From positions 13,163 through 77,162 of the forward strand of contig JAOAGY010000031.1 in the NCBI GenBank assembly GCA_026415505.1: a stretch of DNA of 64,000 nt, read 5' to 3'. Position numbers and translations under genes: made by a program. Under the pieces are notes generated by a model, which saw only the letters and a program-made list of their open reading frames with translations, had not been told where the DNA came from and did no database searches. Origin of the DNA: Chlorobiota bacterium. GTDB taxonomy: Bacteria; Bacteroidota; Ignavibacteria; Kapaibacteriales; NICIL-2. Position 1 is the stretch's first letter. Each line of letters begins with the position of its first letter. Shown here piece by piece: positions 1 to 8,496 of the stretch.

Positions 1-169
1 GATGCAGCAGCAATAGCTTCCAGCCCTGGCGTCGCGTTGCTGTATAACTCCACAGCGTCGCGAACGATCGGATCGGCATCGGCAACCAGGACACGAATTC
101 GCGTCGCTCCCGGCGACCGAGCCTGATGCGTGGCTGCACTCTGCTGTTGTGCCAGTCGGGTGTGCTCCA
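1..169 (-). CDS. response-regulator receiver-domain protein, N-terminal fragment (gene runs off the window start)
   Basis: Minus-strand frame with ATG at 169-167 reads MEHTRLAQQQSAATHQARSPGATRIRVLVADADPIVRDAVELYSNATPGLEAIAAA with no stop before coordinate 1. The RIRVLVADADPIVR motif is a classic receiver-domain beta1 strand plus acidic pocket. GC3 is high in this frame. The gene is divergent from the LysE gene. It is not in the ORF track because it is truncated by the window edge. Confidence 0.4.
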
Positions 170-292
170 TTGTCGGTATGAATACGTCGCACGGCAAATA
201 TCGGAATTTCTCCGACACACATCGCGTCGAAGCACACCTCGTAGGTAGCTACGATATTTTCGTGACATTCATCATTGTTTTTGCTGGCGTGA

Positions 293-955
293 ATGGTTTT
301 GCTCATGCTTGGTGCTCTCCTCGGTTTCGTGTTGGCGCTGCCGCCGGGACCAGTCGCGGTGACGGTGATAGCGTCTGCGCTCCGTGGGGGCGTCAGGCAT
401 GGTCTGTGGGCTGCAGCCGGCGCTTCGGTCGCTGATGGAGTGATCGCGCTCGGTGTGCTGTTCGCCTCGTCGGCTCTCGTCGTGCTGGTGCGTTCAACGC
501 TCGACCATCATCCACTTATCGCGCTCGTGGGAGAAATCGTCGTCGTCGCGATGCTGGTGACATATGCTATCAGGCTGGCACGATCGAGCGTTTACCAGCG
601 CTCGTCGGAGCTTCGCGAGGAGATGGGACGCTCGATACCAAAAACGATCGCATCGGCTGTCGCAACAGCTATAGCCAATTTGGTCAATCCGACATTTCTT
701 CCTTCGCTGGCGGCGTCGCTGACCGCGGTGCTGTCGGCTGTGTCTCCCGAGGGGAATATCAGCGTGCTGGGGAAAGGTGCGATAGCTGCGGGATTCTCAT
801 TGGGAACGTTCGCATGGCTCGGAGTTGTGGTGGCGTTTATCGTCCGCCATCGTGAACAGTTCTCGCTCCGCCAACTCGTATTGGTGCGTCGTATCGGTGC
901 TGCGATCGTGCTGGCGTTCGCGTGCATCTTGTTGTGGCATGTCGCTATGCGGTAA
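293..955 (+). CDS. LysE/RhtB-family amino-acid exporter
   Basis: 220 aa. About six hydrophobic helices. The N-terminal L-G-A-L-L-G-F-V-L-A-L-P-P-G-P-V-A motif is typical of the LysE translocator family. Confidence 0.7.
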   Translation: MVLLMLGALLGFVLALPPGPVAVTVIASALRGGVRHGLWAAAGASVADGVIALGVLFASSALVVLVRSTLDHHPLIALVGEIVVVAMLVTYAIRLARSSVYQRSSELREEMGRSIPKTIASAVATAIANLVNPTFLPSLAASLTAVLSAVSPEGNISVLGKGAIAAGFSLGTFAWLGVVVAFIVRHREQFSLRQLVLVRRIGAAIVLAFACILLWHVAMR

Positions 956-990
956 GTCGTCCAGGGCGCACAATTCTTTTTGATGTCGGA

Positions 991-2337
991 CTATTCGGTT
1001 GGGTGAAGGAATTTTTCTGCCACTTCCCGAACACGCGCGACGACGCTGCTGTGCACGAGCGGATTGAAGGGGCTGGGAACGAGTTCGTCGGGCTCTGCCA
1101 GCTCAGCGATCGCTTCGGCTGCGGCGATTTTCATCGCACTGGTGATCGAATCGGCGCGCATCTCGACGGCTGCTTTGAACAACCCCGGAAACGCCAGCGC
1201 ATTGTTGACCGATTTGCCGTCGGCGGCGAATGCTGCTCCTGCATCGAGTGCCTCTTCGGGCAGGATTTCCGGCACGGGGTTCGACAGCGCAAAGACGATC
1301 TGTCCCGGACGAATCATCTCGCGCGTGATGAGTCCGACTTTGCCCGTCGTGGCGATGACGACGTCGGCAGCAACGGCATCGTCGAACGAGACGATCTCGA
1401 CACCGGCACGAGCGGCGTGCGCGCATGCTTCGGTGCTCGGATCGTAGGCGATGACGCGATAGCCGTATTCGCGCAGCAATTTGGCGATCGCGTAGCCGGC
1501 AGCACCGAGTCCGATTTGCGAAAACACCAGCCGATCGTCGCCGTAGCGCCCGACTTTTTTGAGCGCGTTGATGACCGCTGCCAGCAGTACCGTCGCCGTT
1601 CCGTGTTGGTCGTCGTGCATCACCGGTTTGCGTAGCCGCCGGATGAGCTCTTCCTCGATGAAGAAGCAATCCGGCGTGCGAATGTCTTCGAGGTGAACGC
1701 CTGCAAAACCGACCGAGGTTTTCTCGACGATCGAAACGAACTCGTCGGGATCGCGCGTGTCCACCAGAATCGGCATCGCGCCGAGTCCGACGAATTGATG
1801 GTAGAGCATCGCTTTGCCTTCCATCACCGGCAACGATGCCAGCGGTCCGATGTCGCCCAGACCCAAAACGCGCGTGCCGTTGGTGAAAATCCCGATCGTG
1901 TTGCCGAGCATGGTGTACTCGTATGCCAGTTCGGGATCGTGCTGAACGGCTTTGCTCACGCGTGCGACGCCGGGCGTGTAGAGGTTGCGCAGTTCGCCGA
2001 CAGTCGTCGCGGATTTGGTGCGCACGATGGCGATCTTGCCGCCGCGATGCTGCTCGAAAACGACATCCTTGATGTCGAGAATCTCGGCTTGCGTCCGCTC
2101 GCGAATCGCCCGTTCGATGGCGCCCAGGTGCGGAGCATCGTAAACCGAGACGGTGATTTCGCGGATGATGTGGTCGTGTCCGATAAAGACTGCCCGCGTG
2201 TCGCCGATGAGTCCGCCTTCTTCGCCGATGACCGTGCAGAGTTTGCCGAGCATGCCCGGTCGGTGCGGATTTTTGACGACGAACACGACGTCGTTGTCGG
2301 GAAGGCGCGGGCGAACGGGTGTCGTATTGTCGCTCAT
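991..2337 (-). CDS. NAD(P)-dependent malic enzyme with N-terminal ACT-like regulatory domain
   Basis: 448 aa. About 75 aa of ACT-like N-terminus, then malic-enzyme motifs (YTPGVA, GLGDIG, Rossmann GLGAAG). The strong antisense ORFs over it are spurious. Confidence 0.85.
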   Translation of the reverse strand: MSDNTTPVRPRLPDNDVVFVVKNPHRPGMLGKLCTVIGEEGGLIGDTRAVFIGHDHIIREITVSVYDAPHLGAIERAIRERTQAEILDIKDVVFEQHRGGKIAIVRTKSATTVGELRNLYTPGVARVSKAVQHDPELAYEYTMLGNTIGIFTNGTRVLGLGDIGPLASLPVMEGKAMLYHQFVGLGAMPILVDTRDPDEFVSIVEKTSVGFAGVHLEDIRTPDCFFIEEELIRRLRKPVMHDDQHGTATVLLAAVINALKKVGRYGDDRLVFSQIGLGAAGYAIAKLLREYGYRVIAYDPSTEACAHAARAGVEIVSFDDAVAADVVIATTGKVGLITREMIRPGQIVFALSNPVPEILPEEALDAGAAFAADGKSVNNALAFPGLFKAAVEMRADSITSAMKIAAAEAIAELAEPDELVPSPFNPLVHSSVVARVREVAEKFLHPTE

Positions 2338-2358
2338 GGGAAACGGTCGAAAGTGATG

Positions 2359-3012
2359 TCACCGAGTCGCAGCCAGCTTCGCTGCCATCTGCGTGCAGAG
2401 CGAATCGGGGCTGGTGCGATTGTAGCGGTAGGTCGCGATCGGTACGCGAAACGGACGAACACCGCTGGCGACGGCACGCTCGAAAAAGTCCGCATCGTCG
2501 GCATAGCGGAGCGGCGCAAAACCGAGTTGCAGTGCGACCGTGCGCCGGACGACGAATGTCCCGCCGACGACGCAGCGTTCGATGTGGATGAGTTTGGTCG
2601 GATCGTTGCGGTCCGGCACGTAGGGATCGCCTTCGACGAGCACGCCACCGTGGAAAAAGTCGTAGTCGCGGTACTCGACGATGTACGCCTTGCGGACGAG
2701 CAAATGATCGGGCAAGTATTCGTCGTCGGAATCGAGGAACGTCACAAAATACCCGCGTGCCTGCTCGATGCCAGCCTGCCGTGCCGCACCGGTACCCTGA
2801 TTGCTCTGCACGATCAGCCGTATCCGATGGGGCAAGCGCAGATACCGCCGGACGATGTGTCGCGTCTCGTCGGTGCTGCCGTCGTCGACGATGACGAGCT
2901 CCCAGCTCGGCTCGGTCTGTGCCAACACCGATTCGATCGCCCGCTCGATACACCAGGCGCGGTTGTACGTCGTCAGGATGACCGAAAAAATCGGTGGCTG
3001 TGGCTGGCTCAT
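2359..3012 (-). CDS. family 2 glycosyltransferase
   Basis: 217 aa. IFSVILTTYNRAWCIERAIESVLAQT followed by LVIVDDGSTDET and DSDDEY (a DxD motif) = GT-A fold GT2 signature. Confidence 0.75.
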   Translation of the reverse strand: MSQPQPPIFSVILTTYNRAWCIERAIESVLAQTEPSWELVIVDDGSTDETRHIVRRYLRLPHRIRLIVQSNQGTGAARQAGIEQARGYFVTFLDSDDEYLPDHLLVRKAYIVEYRDYDFFHGGVLVEGDPYVPDRNDPTKLIHIERCVVGGTFVVRRTVALQLGFAPLRYADDADFFERAVASGVRPFRVPIATYRYNRTSPDSLCTQMAAKLAATR

Positions 3013-3062
3013 CGTCTCGTGTATTTTTGTTCGAGTGCAAACTTACGGAGGCATCGCAGCGC

Positions 3063-3773
3063 GTGGACTTGGCTGCATTCTGGACCATCTGCTCTTCCAA
3101 CGGTATCGTTCTCGATCACGATCAACTGCGTGCGATCGAGCGCTACGAACGCGAGCTGCGCTACTGGAACGAACGCATCAATCTCGTCTCGCGCAAAGAC
3201 GTCGAGCATCTTCTCGAGCGGCACATTCTCCATTCGCTGGCGATTCTGACGGTGGTCGAAATACCGCCGAAAGCGCGCTGCATTGACGTCGGCACCGGTG
3301 GCGGGTTGCCGGGCATTCCGCTGATTATTGCGCGTCCGGATTTGCGCATGGTGCTGGTCGATTCGGTGCGCAAAAAACTCCGCACAGCGGAAATGCTCGC
3401 CAAACATACCGGGCATCGCTTCGTCGAAGCCATCTGCGCACGCGTCGAAGAACTCGCCGAGCAGAAGCCGTCATTGCGCGCTTCGTTCGACGTCGTTCTG
3501 GCGCGAGCTGTCGCCGATACGCGCACGCTGCTGGAATGGACGCGTCCGCTAGTCAAGCCCGACGGGATGCACCTGCTGCTCAAAGGCGGCGATCTCGCCG
3601 CTGAAATCGCCGACGCTCGATCGGCATTCCCCGATGCGACGATCGTCGAAAAACCGCTGCGCTTGGTCGGCGCTCCCTGGTTCGAAGAGCAACAAAAAAA
3701 GGTGCTGGTCGTTACTTGGCGCAGCGCAGTACAATCGGCACACGTCGAACACGCATCGCAATGCACCTCGTAA
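3063..3773 (+). CDS. rsmG: 16S rRNA (guanine527-N7)-methyltransferase RsmG
   Basis: Contains YERELRYWNERINLVS...DVGTGGGLPGIPLII, an RsmG/GidB SAM-methyltransferase signature. The start is uncertain: in-frame GTG at 3063 and TTG at 3069 were chosen over the track start at 2994, which would overlap the divergent GT2 gene start. Confidence 0.75.
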   Translation: MDLAAFWTICSSNGIVLDHDQLRAIERYERELRYWNERINLVSRKDVEHLLERHILHSLAILTVVEIPPKARCIDVGTGGGLPGIPLIIARPDLRMVLVDSVRKKLRTAEMLAKHTGHRFVEAICARVEELAEQKPSLRASFDVVLARAVADTRTLLEWTRPLVKPDGMHLLLKGGDLAAEIADARSAFPDATIVEKPLRLVGAPWFEEQQKKVLVVTWRSAVQSAHVEHASQCTS

Positions 3774-4474
3774 TCACGCTTGTCGGATGGCTGGCACTCG
3801 GTGTTGCTGCAGTGTGGGCACAAATACCAGGCATCGTCACGCAGCAACAGTCCAGCCAGCAGCAAAGCAGTTTCCGCATCGCGCGGCTCAAGTACAGCGG
3901 CGGTGGCGATTGGTACAACGACCCCTCGGCTGAGGTGAACTTGCTCCAATACGTTCGCCAAAACACCAACATCGCCGTCGAACCGCGCTACGAGTACGTC
4001 GATATCGCCAGCGACAACATTTTCCTCTACCCGATGCTGTTTTTGACCGGGCACGGCAACGTCAGCTTCACCGATGCCGAAGCGCGACGGCTGCGTGCGT
4101 ACCTCGAAAGCGGCGGATTCCTCTACATTGACGACGACTACGGACTCGACCCCTACATTCGTCGCGAGATGAAAAAAGTGTTTCCCGAGCAAGAGTTCGT
4201 CGAGCTTCCGTTTTCGCATCCGATCTATCACTGCCACTTTCACTTCCCGTACGGTCCGCCGAAAATCCACGAGCACGACGGCAAACCGCCCCAAGGTTTC
4301 GGGCTGTTCTGTGGCAACCGGCTCTGCGTGTTCTACACCTACGAATCCAATCCGAGCGACGGATGGGCTGATCCGGACGTGCATCACGATCCGCCCGAAC
4401 GCCGCGAAGCCGCACTCAAGATGGGCACGAACATCGTCGTCTATGTGCTCGGTCAACAGCAAGCACTGCCGTAG
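3761..4474 (+). CDS. DUF4159-like conserved hypothetical protein (signal peptide)
   Basis: Start at MHLVITLVGWLALGVAAVWAQ (signal-like). The conserved core YNDPSAEVNLLQY...LYPMLFLTGHGNVSFTDAEARRLRAYLESGGFLYIDDDYG resembles the DUF4159 family from memory. It overlaps the rsmG 3' end by 13 nt. Confidence 0.6.
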   Translation: MHLVITLVGWLALGVAAVWAQIPGIVTQQQSSQQQSSFRIARLKYSGGGDWYNDPSAEVNLLQYVRQNTNIAVEPRYEYVDIASDNIFLYPMLFLTGHGNVSFTDAEARRLRAYLESGGFLYIDDDYGLDPYIRREMKKVFPEQEFVELPFSHPIYHCHFHFPYGPPKIHEHDGKPPQGFGLFCGNRLCVFYTYESNPSDGWADPDVHHDPPERREAALKMGTNIVVYVLGQQQALP

Positions 4475-4480
4475 CCGCCA

Positions 4481-7400
4481 ATGAACGCCTATGATTCGAT
4501 CATGCGTCGCTTGCGGGCGACGCGCCGCAAAGAAACGCTCGTTCTGGTCGGACGCGATCTGGTGGCAGCCGTTGCAACGAGTGCCGCCGTCGCGCTCGTT
4601 GCTGCTGCCGTCGAATCGCTCGCCCACGGTGGAATTCCGTTCCGAACGGTTCTGGCGGCGATATGGGCAGTAGCGACGCTCGGTGCTGTCGTGCTGCTTC
4701 CACTTCGAACGTTGTGGCTTCGGGTGTTTTCATCGCAACGCCCGACGCTCGAGAGTATCGCTCGCCGCGTCGGTGATGCGTATGCGGACGTGCGCGACCG
4801 CTTGCTCAATGCGCTGCAACTTGTCCAGCCGGACAAAACGCTCACCGGTTCGCACGAGCTGGCGCTGGCAGCCTTCGCCGAGGTCGAGCGCGCTGTCGCC
4901 GATCGCAGTTTCGACGTCATCATCGGCAGCGAGCATCGGCGGCGTCTGCTCGTTTTGCTGTTGCTGATACTCGGGTTGGTCGGCGCAATCGTCGCGATCC
5001 CACCGCTCGGCGATGCCGCGTATCGCATTGCGCATTGGTACGAGCGTTTCGTTCCGCCGCCGCCGTTTACGCTCCGCGTCGAACCGACCTCGGCAGAAGT
5101 GTTGCGCAATGCGCCGGTGCGGATCAGCGTGGACATCGGCGGTGTCGTTCCGCTCGATGTCAAACTCTACGTCCGCGAAGAGCAACAGGAACGCCCCGAT
5201 TACTATCCGCTGCGCCACGATACGGGCAGCCGTTACATTCTCGATCTTCCGGCGCTCAAAAGCACGATCGAGTTCTACGCCGCTGCGCAGTGGTACGACG
5301 AAGAAATTCGATCCAACATCGGGCGCATCGTCGTCAGCGATTATCCGATGGTGCGTTCGTTCCAACTCCGCATCGAACAGCCCGCCTACGCGCGCCGTCC
5401 GGCGATCCTGCTCGACGAAACCGGTGCCGACATCGTCGCACTGCGCGGTTCGCGTGCGATGCTGCGCGTGCTCGCCAACAAACCGATCGTCGGGGGCAGC
5501 ATCGTGTACGTACCGCTCGGCGACAGCGCTGCTGCACGCGATACGCTCCGCATTCCGCTTCGCGCCGACGGCGAACGCGCCGAAGGAAGCTTTGTGCTTT
5601 CCCGCAGCGGCACATGGTGGATCGAGCTTCGTGACAGTGCCGGACGCACGACGCCCGATCCGATTCGCTATACCGCCAGAGTCGAAAGCGATGCGCCGCC
5701 GACCATCGCACTGGTCGAGCCGACGCAGGATGCGACCGTCGGACGCGACGCTGTGCTCCCGATTCGCGTGACCATCGGCGACGACTACGGTTTTTCGCGG
5801 CTAGTGCTCAAAAGTCGCTTGGTCGAGTCACGATACGCCGAGCCGGAGCGCGATTGGCGTTCGACAGACATTCCGCTGCCGTCGCTTGCTGCCGGTACGC
5901 TCGACGTGCCCTATGCGTGGAATCTGAACTTGCTCGGCATTTCTCCGCAGGACAAGTACGAGTTCTACCTTGAAGTCTTCGACAACGACGTCGTCAGCGG
6001 TCCCAAGAGTGCGCGCACGGCGACGCTCCGTGTGCGGCTGCCGTCGCTGGAGGAAGTCTTCCGCTCAGCACAACAAGCGCAGCGTTCGACACAGCAGCAA
6101 CTCGAAGAAGTCAAGCGCAAAGCCGAAGAGTTGGCGCGATCGATGGACGAAATCCAGCGCGAGCTGATGAAACAGCAGCAACCGAACTGGCAAACGGAAA
6201 AATCGCTCGAGAACGCGCTTCGGCAGCAAGAGCAGCTCCAGCAGAAGTTGCAAGAAGCCCAGCGCAAGCTCGAGGAAATGACGCGCATGCTCGAAGAACA
6301 CAAAGCCATCTCGCCGGAGACGCTGCAGAAGTATCTCGAACTGCAGAAGCTCTTGCAACAGGTCGATTCCGAAGAGCTGCGCCGCGCCATCGAAGAAATG
6401 CAGCGTGCGATGCAACAACTGACGCCGCAAGACATCGAGCGAGCCATGCGTAACTTCCGCTTCGACGAAGAGCAGTTCCGCAAGAACGTCGAGCGCGCCA
6501 TCGAGCTGCTCAAGCGTATCCAAGCGCAGCAGAAGATGGACGAACTTCAGCGTCGCGCCGAACAGCTCGCCGAGCAACAACGCCAGCTCGAGCAGCAAAC
6601 GCAGAACACCAACCCCAACGACAAAGCTGCACGCGAGCAGCTTGCGCGCCAGCAAGAGCAGCTCCAACGCGAGATGGAGCGCCTGCAGGAAGAGTTCCGC
6701 TCGCTGGAGCAACTGTCGCAAGACGCCAAACTCGACCAGCGAAAGAACGTCCAGGATCAGCTCCGCCAAGCAGCAGAGCAACTCCAGCAGGAACAGTCCG
6801 AGCGCTCGATGGAACAGAGCGAGCAATCGCTCCAGCAGGGCGATTTCGACCGTGCTCGCCAGCACATGCAACGCAGCGCCGAGCGGATGCAACGCTTCGC
6901 ACAAGCGATGCAGCGCGCCAAACAGGAAATGCGCAAAAACGAAATGCGTCAGATCGCACGCCAGATGCAGCAAGCCTTGCAGGATTTGGCGGAGCTGTCG
7001 AAAGAGCAAGAGCAATTGGCAAACGAGACGCAGCGCTTGGATCCCAACTCGGCGATGATGAACCGCGCGACGCAGCGCCAGCAGCAACTCCGCGAACAGC
7101 TCATGAACCTGGCGCGGCGGCTCGATGCGCTTTCGAAGCAGACGACTGCTGTCACTCCCGAAATGGCGCGCGAGCTGGGTCAGGCACTCCGCCAGATGCA
7201 AGACGCCCAACGCACGCTCGAGCAACGCAATTCCTTCGGTGCCTGCCAAATGCAACAATCGGCGATGGGCTCGATGAATCGCGCTATGAACCAAATGCAG
7301 GCGATGCTCGAACAACTAAACGGCAACAACCCCGGCGAGGGCGAAGGCGAGGGCGATAGCAATCAAATGCGCCCCGGCGGCATGCAACCGGGCGCCAGCT

Positions 7401-7939
7401 TCATGCAACGGCTGATGGAAGCGGCAGGTATGCAGCAGCAAATCAACAACGCCATGCAGCAACTCGGCGCCGAAGGGCAGCTTTCGCAAGAACAGCGCGA
7501 GCAGCTCGGTCGCATCGCCGCACAGCAAGGGCGCGTGATGAAGTCCATCGAAGAACTCGCCCGCGAGGAAAAAGAAGTCGGCGGCAAACGCAAAGCGCTC
7601 GGCGATCTCGATCGCATCGCCGACGACATGCGCGAAGTGCTCACCGACATGAAGAGCGGCACCATTACGCCCGAAACGCGCCGCCGCATGGATCGGATCC
7701 TCTCGCGCTTGCTCGATGCATCCCGCTCGATGCACGAACGCGATTACGAGAAAACCCGCGAGTCGCGCCCCGGCGAAGACGTCGCCCGCCAAAGCCCGTC
7801 GGAACTGCGACTGAAGGCGATCGAACAACTCCAGCGTTACCGCGATTTCCTGCGCCAATCGCAGTTGGGCTACACCAAAGACTACGAGCAGCTCATTGAG
7901 CGATACATGGAACAACTCCAGCGAACGCAGAGCAAGTGA
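4481..7939 (+). CDS. giant membrane-anchored Q/E-rich coiled-coil protein (DUF4175/double-TM-like N-terminus), function unknown
   Basis: 1152 aa. Two N-terminal hydrophobic helices, then a globular region of about 450 aa, then about 500 aa of Gln/Glu/Arg/Leu/Ala-rich heptad-like sequence including a GEGEGEGD linker, then a C-terminal 130-aa region. Begins 7 nt after the DUF4159-like gene. Confidence 0.7.
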   Translation: MNAYDSIMRRLRATRRKETLVLVGRDLVAAVATSAAVALVAAAVESLAHGGIPFRTVLAAIWAVATLGAVVLLPLRTLWLRVFSSQRPTLESIARRVGDAYADVRDRLLNALQLVQPDKTLTGSHELALAAFAEVERAVADRSFDVIIGSEHRRRLLVLLLLILGLVGAIVAIPPLGDAAYRIAHWYERFVPPPPFTLRVEPTSAEVLRNAPVRISVDIGGVVPLDVKLYVREEQQERPDYYPLRHDTGSRYILDLPALKSTIEFYAAAQWYDEEIRSNIGRIVVSDYPMVRSFQLRIEQPAYARRPAILLDETGADIVALRGSRAMLRVLANKPIVGGSIVYVPLGDSAAARDTLRIPLRADGERAEGSFVLSRSGTWWIELRDSAGRTTPDPIRYTARVESDAPPTIALVEPTQDATVGRDAVLPIRVTIGDDYGFSRLVLKSRLVESRYAEPERDWRSTDIPLPSLAAGTLDVPYAWNLNLLGISPQDKYEFYLEVFDNDVVSGPKSARTATLRVRLPSLEEVFRSAQQAQRSTQQQLEEVKRKAEELARSMDEIQRELMKQQQPNWQTEKSLENALRQQEQLQQKLQEAQRKLEEMTRMLEEHKAISPETLQKYLELQKLLQQVDSEELRRAIEEMQRAMQQLTPQDIERAMRNFRFDEEQFRKNVERAIELLKRIQAQQKMDELQRRAEQLAEQQRQLEQQTQNTNPNDKAAREQLARQQEQLQREMERLQEEFRSLEQLSQDAKLDQRKNVQDQLRQAAEQLQQEQSERSMEQSEQSLQQGDFDRARQHMQRSAERMQRFAQAMQRAKQEMRKNEMRQIARQMQQALQDLAELSKEQEQLANETQRLDPNSAMMNRATQRQQQLREQLMNLARRLDALSKQTTAVTPEMARELGQALRQMQDAQRTLEQRNSFGACQMQQSAMGSMNRAMNQMQAMLEQLNGNNPGEGEGEGDSNQMRPGGMQPGASFMQRLMEAAGMQQQINNAMQQLGAEGQLSQEQREQLGRIAAQQGRVMKSIEELAREEKEVGGKRKALGDLDRIADDMREVLTDMKSGTITPETRRRMDRILSRLLDASRSMHERDYEKTRESRPGEDVARQSPSELRLKAIEQLQRYRDFLRQSQLGYTKDYEQLIERYMEQLQRTQSK
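6040..7600 (+). repeat. long low-complexity Q/E/R-rich coiled-coil coding region inside the giant protein
   Basis: Seen directly in translation: QQLQ, EQLAEQQRQLEQQTQ, MQQ and similar motifs recur for about 500 residues. The compositional bias creates long spurious antisense ORFs (6065..7315 and 7316..7915). Confidence 0.6.
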
Positions 7940-8496
7940 TGAAGCAGCTCGCTTTTGTGGTGGTGCTCGTCGTCTGCGCTCGCGGTCAGGGGAGCCTCGG
8001 CGCGTGGATCGGCTCGGCTCCCTCGGCGCCGCGCTTGTTCAACGACGGTCTCTGGCGAGGCATGAGCGCGGGAGCTGAACTCGGTGTGTACTCGATGCCG
8101 ATGTCGCCTCTGTTCGATCTGCCGATGGCTTTCGCTGTGGGAGCCGAATACGTCCAGCCGAGTGCCTCGTCGGTCGCACTGCTCGACGATTACCGCGGTT
8201 GGATCGTGCGCTGCTCATTCGTGTGGTACGCGGGCACAGCGACGGCGCCGTATCTGCGGCTCGGTACCGGCGCGACGCTCGGCGAACGCTACCGTCACGA
8301 GGTCGAACGTGACAGCACGTCGCCGCTTCGATGGCATCCAGCACGAGCGGTGGCGGTGTTCTGGGGACTCGGTGTGCGCGGCATTCTCGATGGTGCGATC
8401 GGATGGTTCGCTGAAATCGAATGCACCACGGGCGACCAGCTCGGATTGCTTCTGCCGCTGCGAGTCGGAGTGAACTATCGCTGGAGTGCGCGATGA
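7936..8496 (+). CDS. small outer-membrane beta-barrel-like hypothetical protein
   Basis: 186 aa. Signal peptide MMKQLAFVVVLVVCARGQ. Alternating amphipathic strands. C-terminus RVGVNYRWSAR is an aromatic-rich outer-membrane-type terminus. Start overlaps the upstream stop by ATGA. Confidence 0.5.
   Translation: MMKQLAFVVVLVVCARGQGSLGAWIGSAPSAPRLFNDGLWRGMSAGAELGVYSMPMSPLFDLPMAFAVGAEYVQPSASSVALLDDYRGWIVRCSFVWYAGTATAPYLRLGTGATLGERYRHEVERDSTSPLRWHPARAVAVFWGLGVRGILDGAIGWFAEIECTTGDQLGLLLPLRVGVNYRWSAR

Noticed and set aside
1103-3249. Very long ORFs (665 aa minus, 518 aa plus) overlapping the malic enzyme and GT2 genes.
   Set aside because: Arg/His/Ser-rich compositions typical of off-frame or antisense translation in high-GC DNA. 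The opposite-strand genes have clear family motifs.
3801-3825. TGGCAC-N6-TTGC sigma-54-like match inside the DUF4159-like coding sequence.
   Set aside because: The spacing is off by one, and it lies inside a coding sequence with no downstream gene start. Likely chance in GC-rich DNA.
6065-7915. Antisense ORFs of 416 and 199 aa within the giant coiled-coil gene.
   Set aside because: Leu/Arg/His-rich mirror images of the sense-strand Q/E repeats. They are artefacts of low-complexity codon periodicity.
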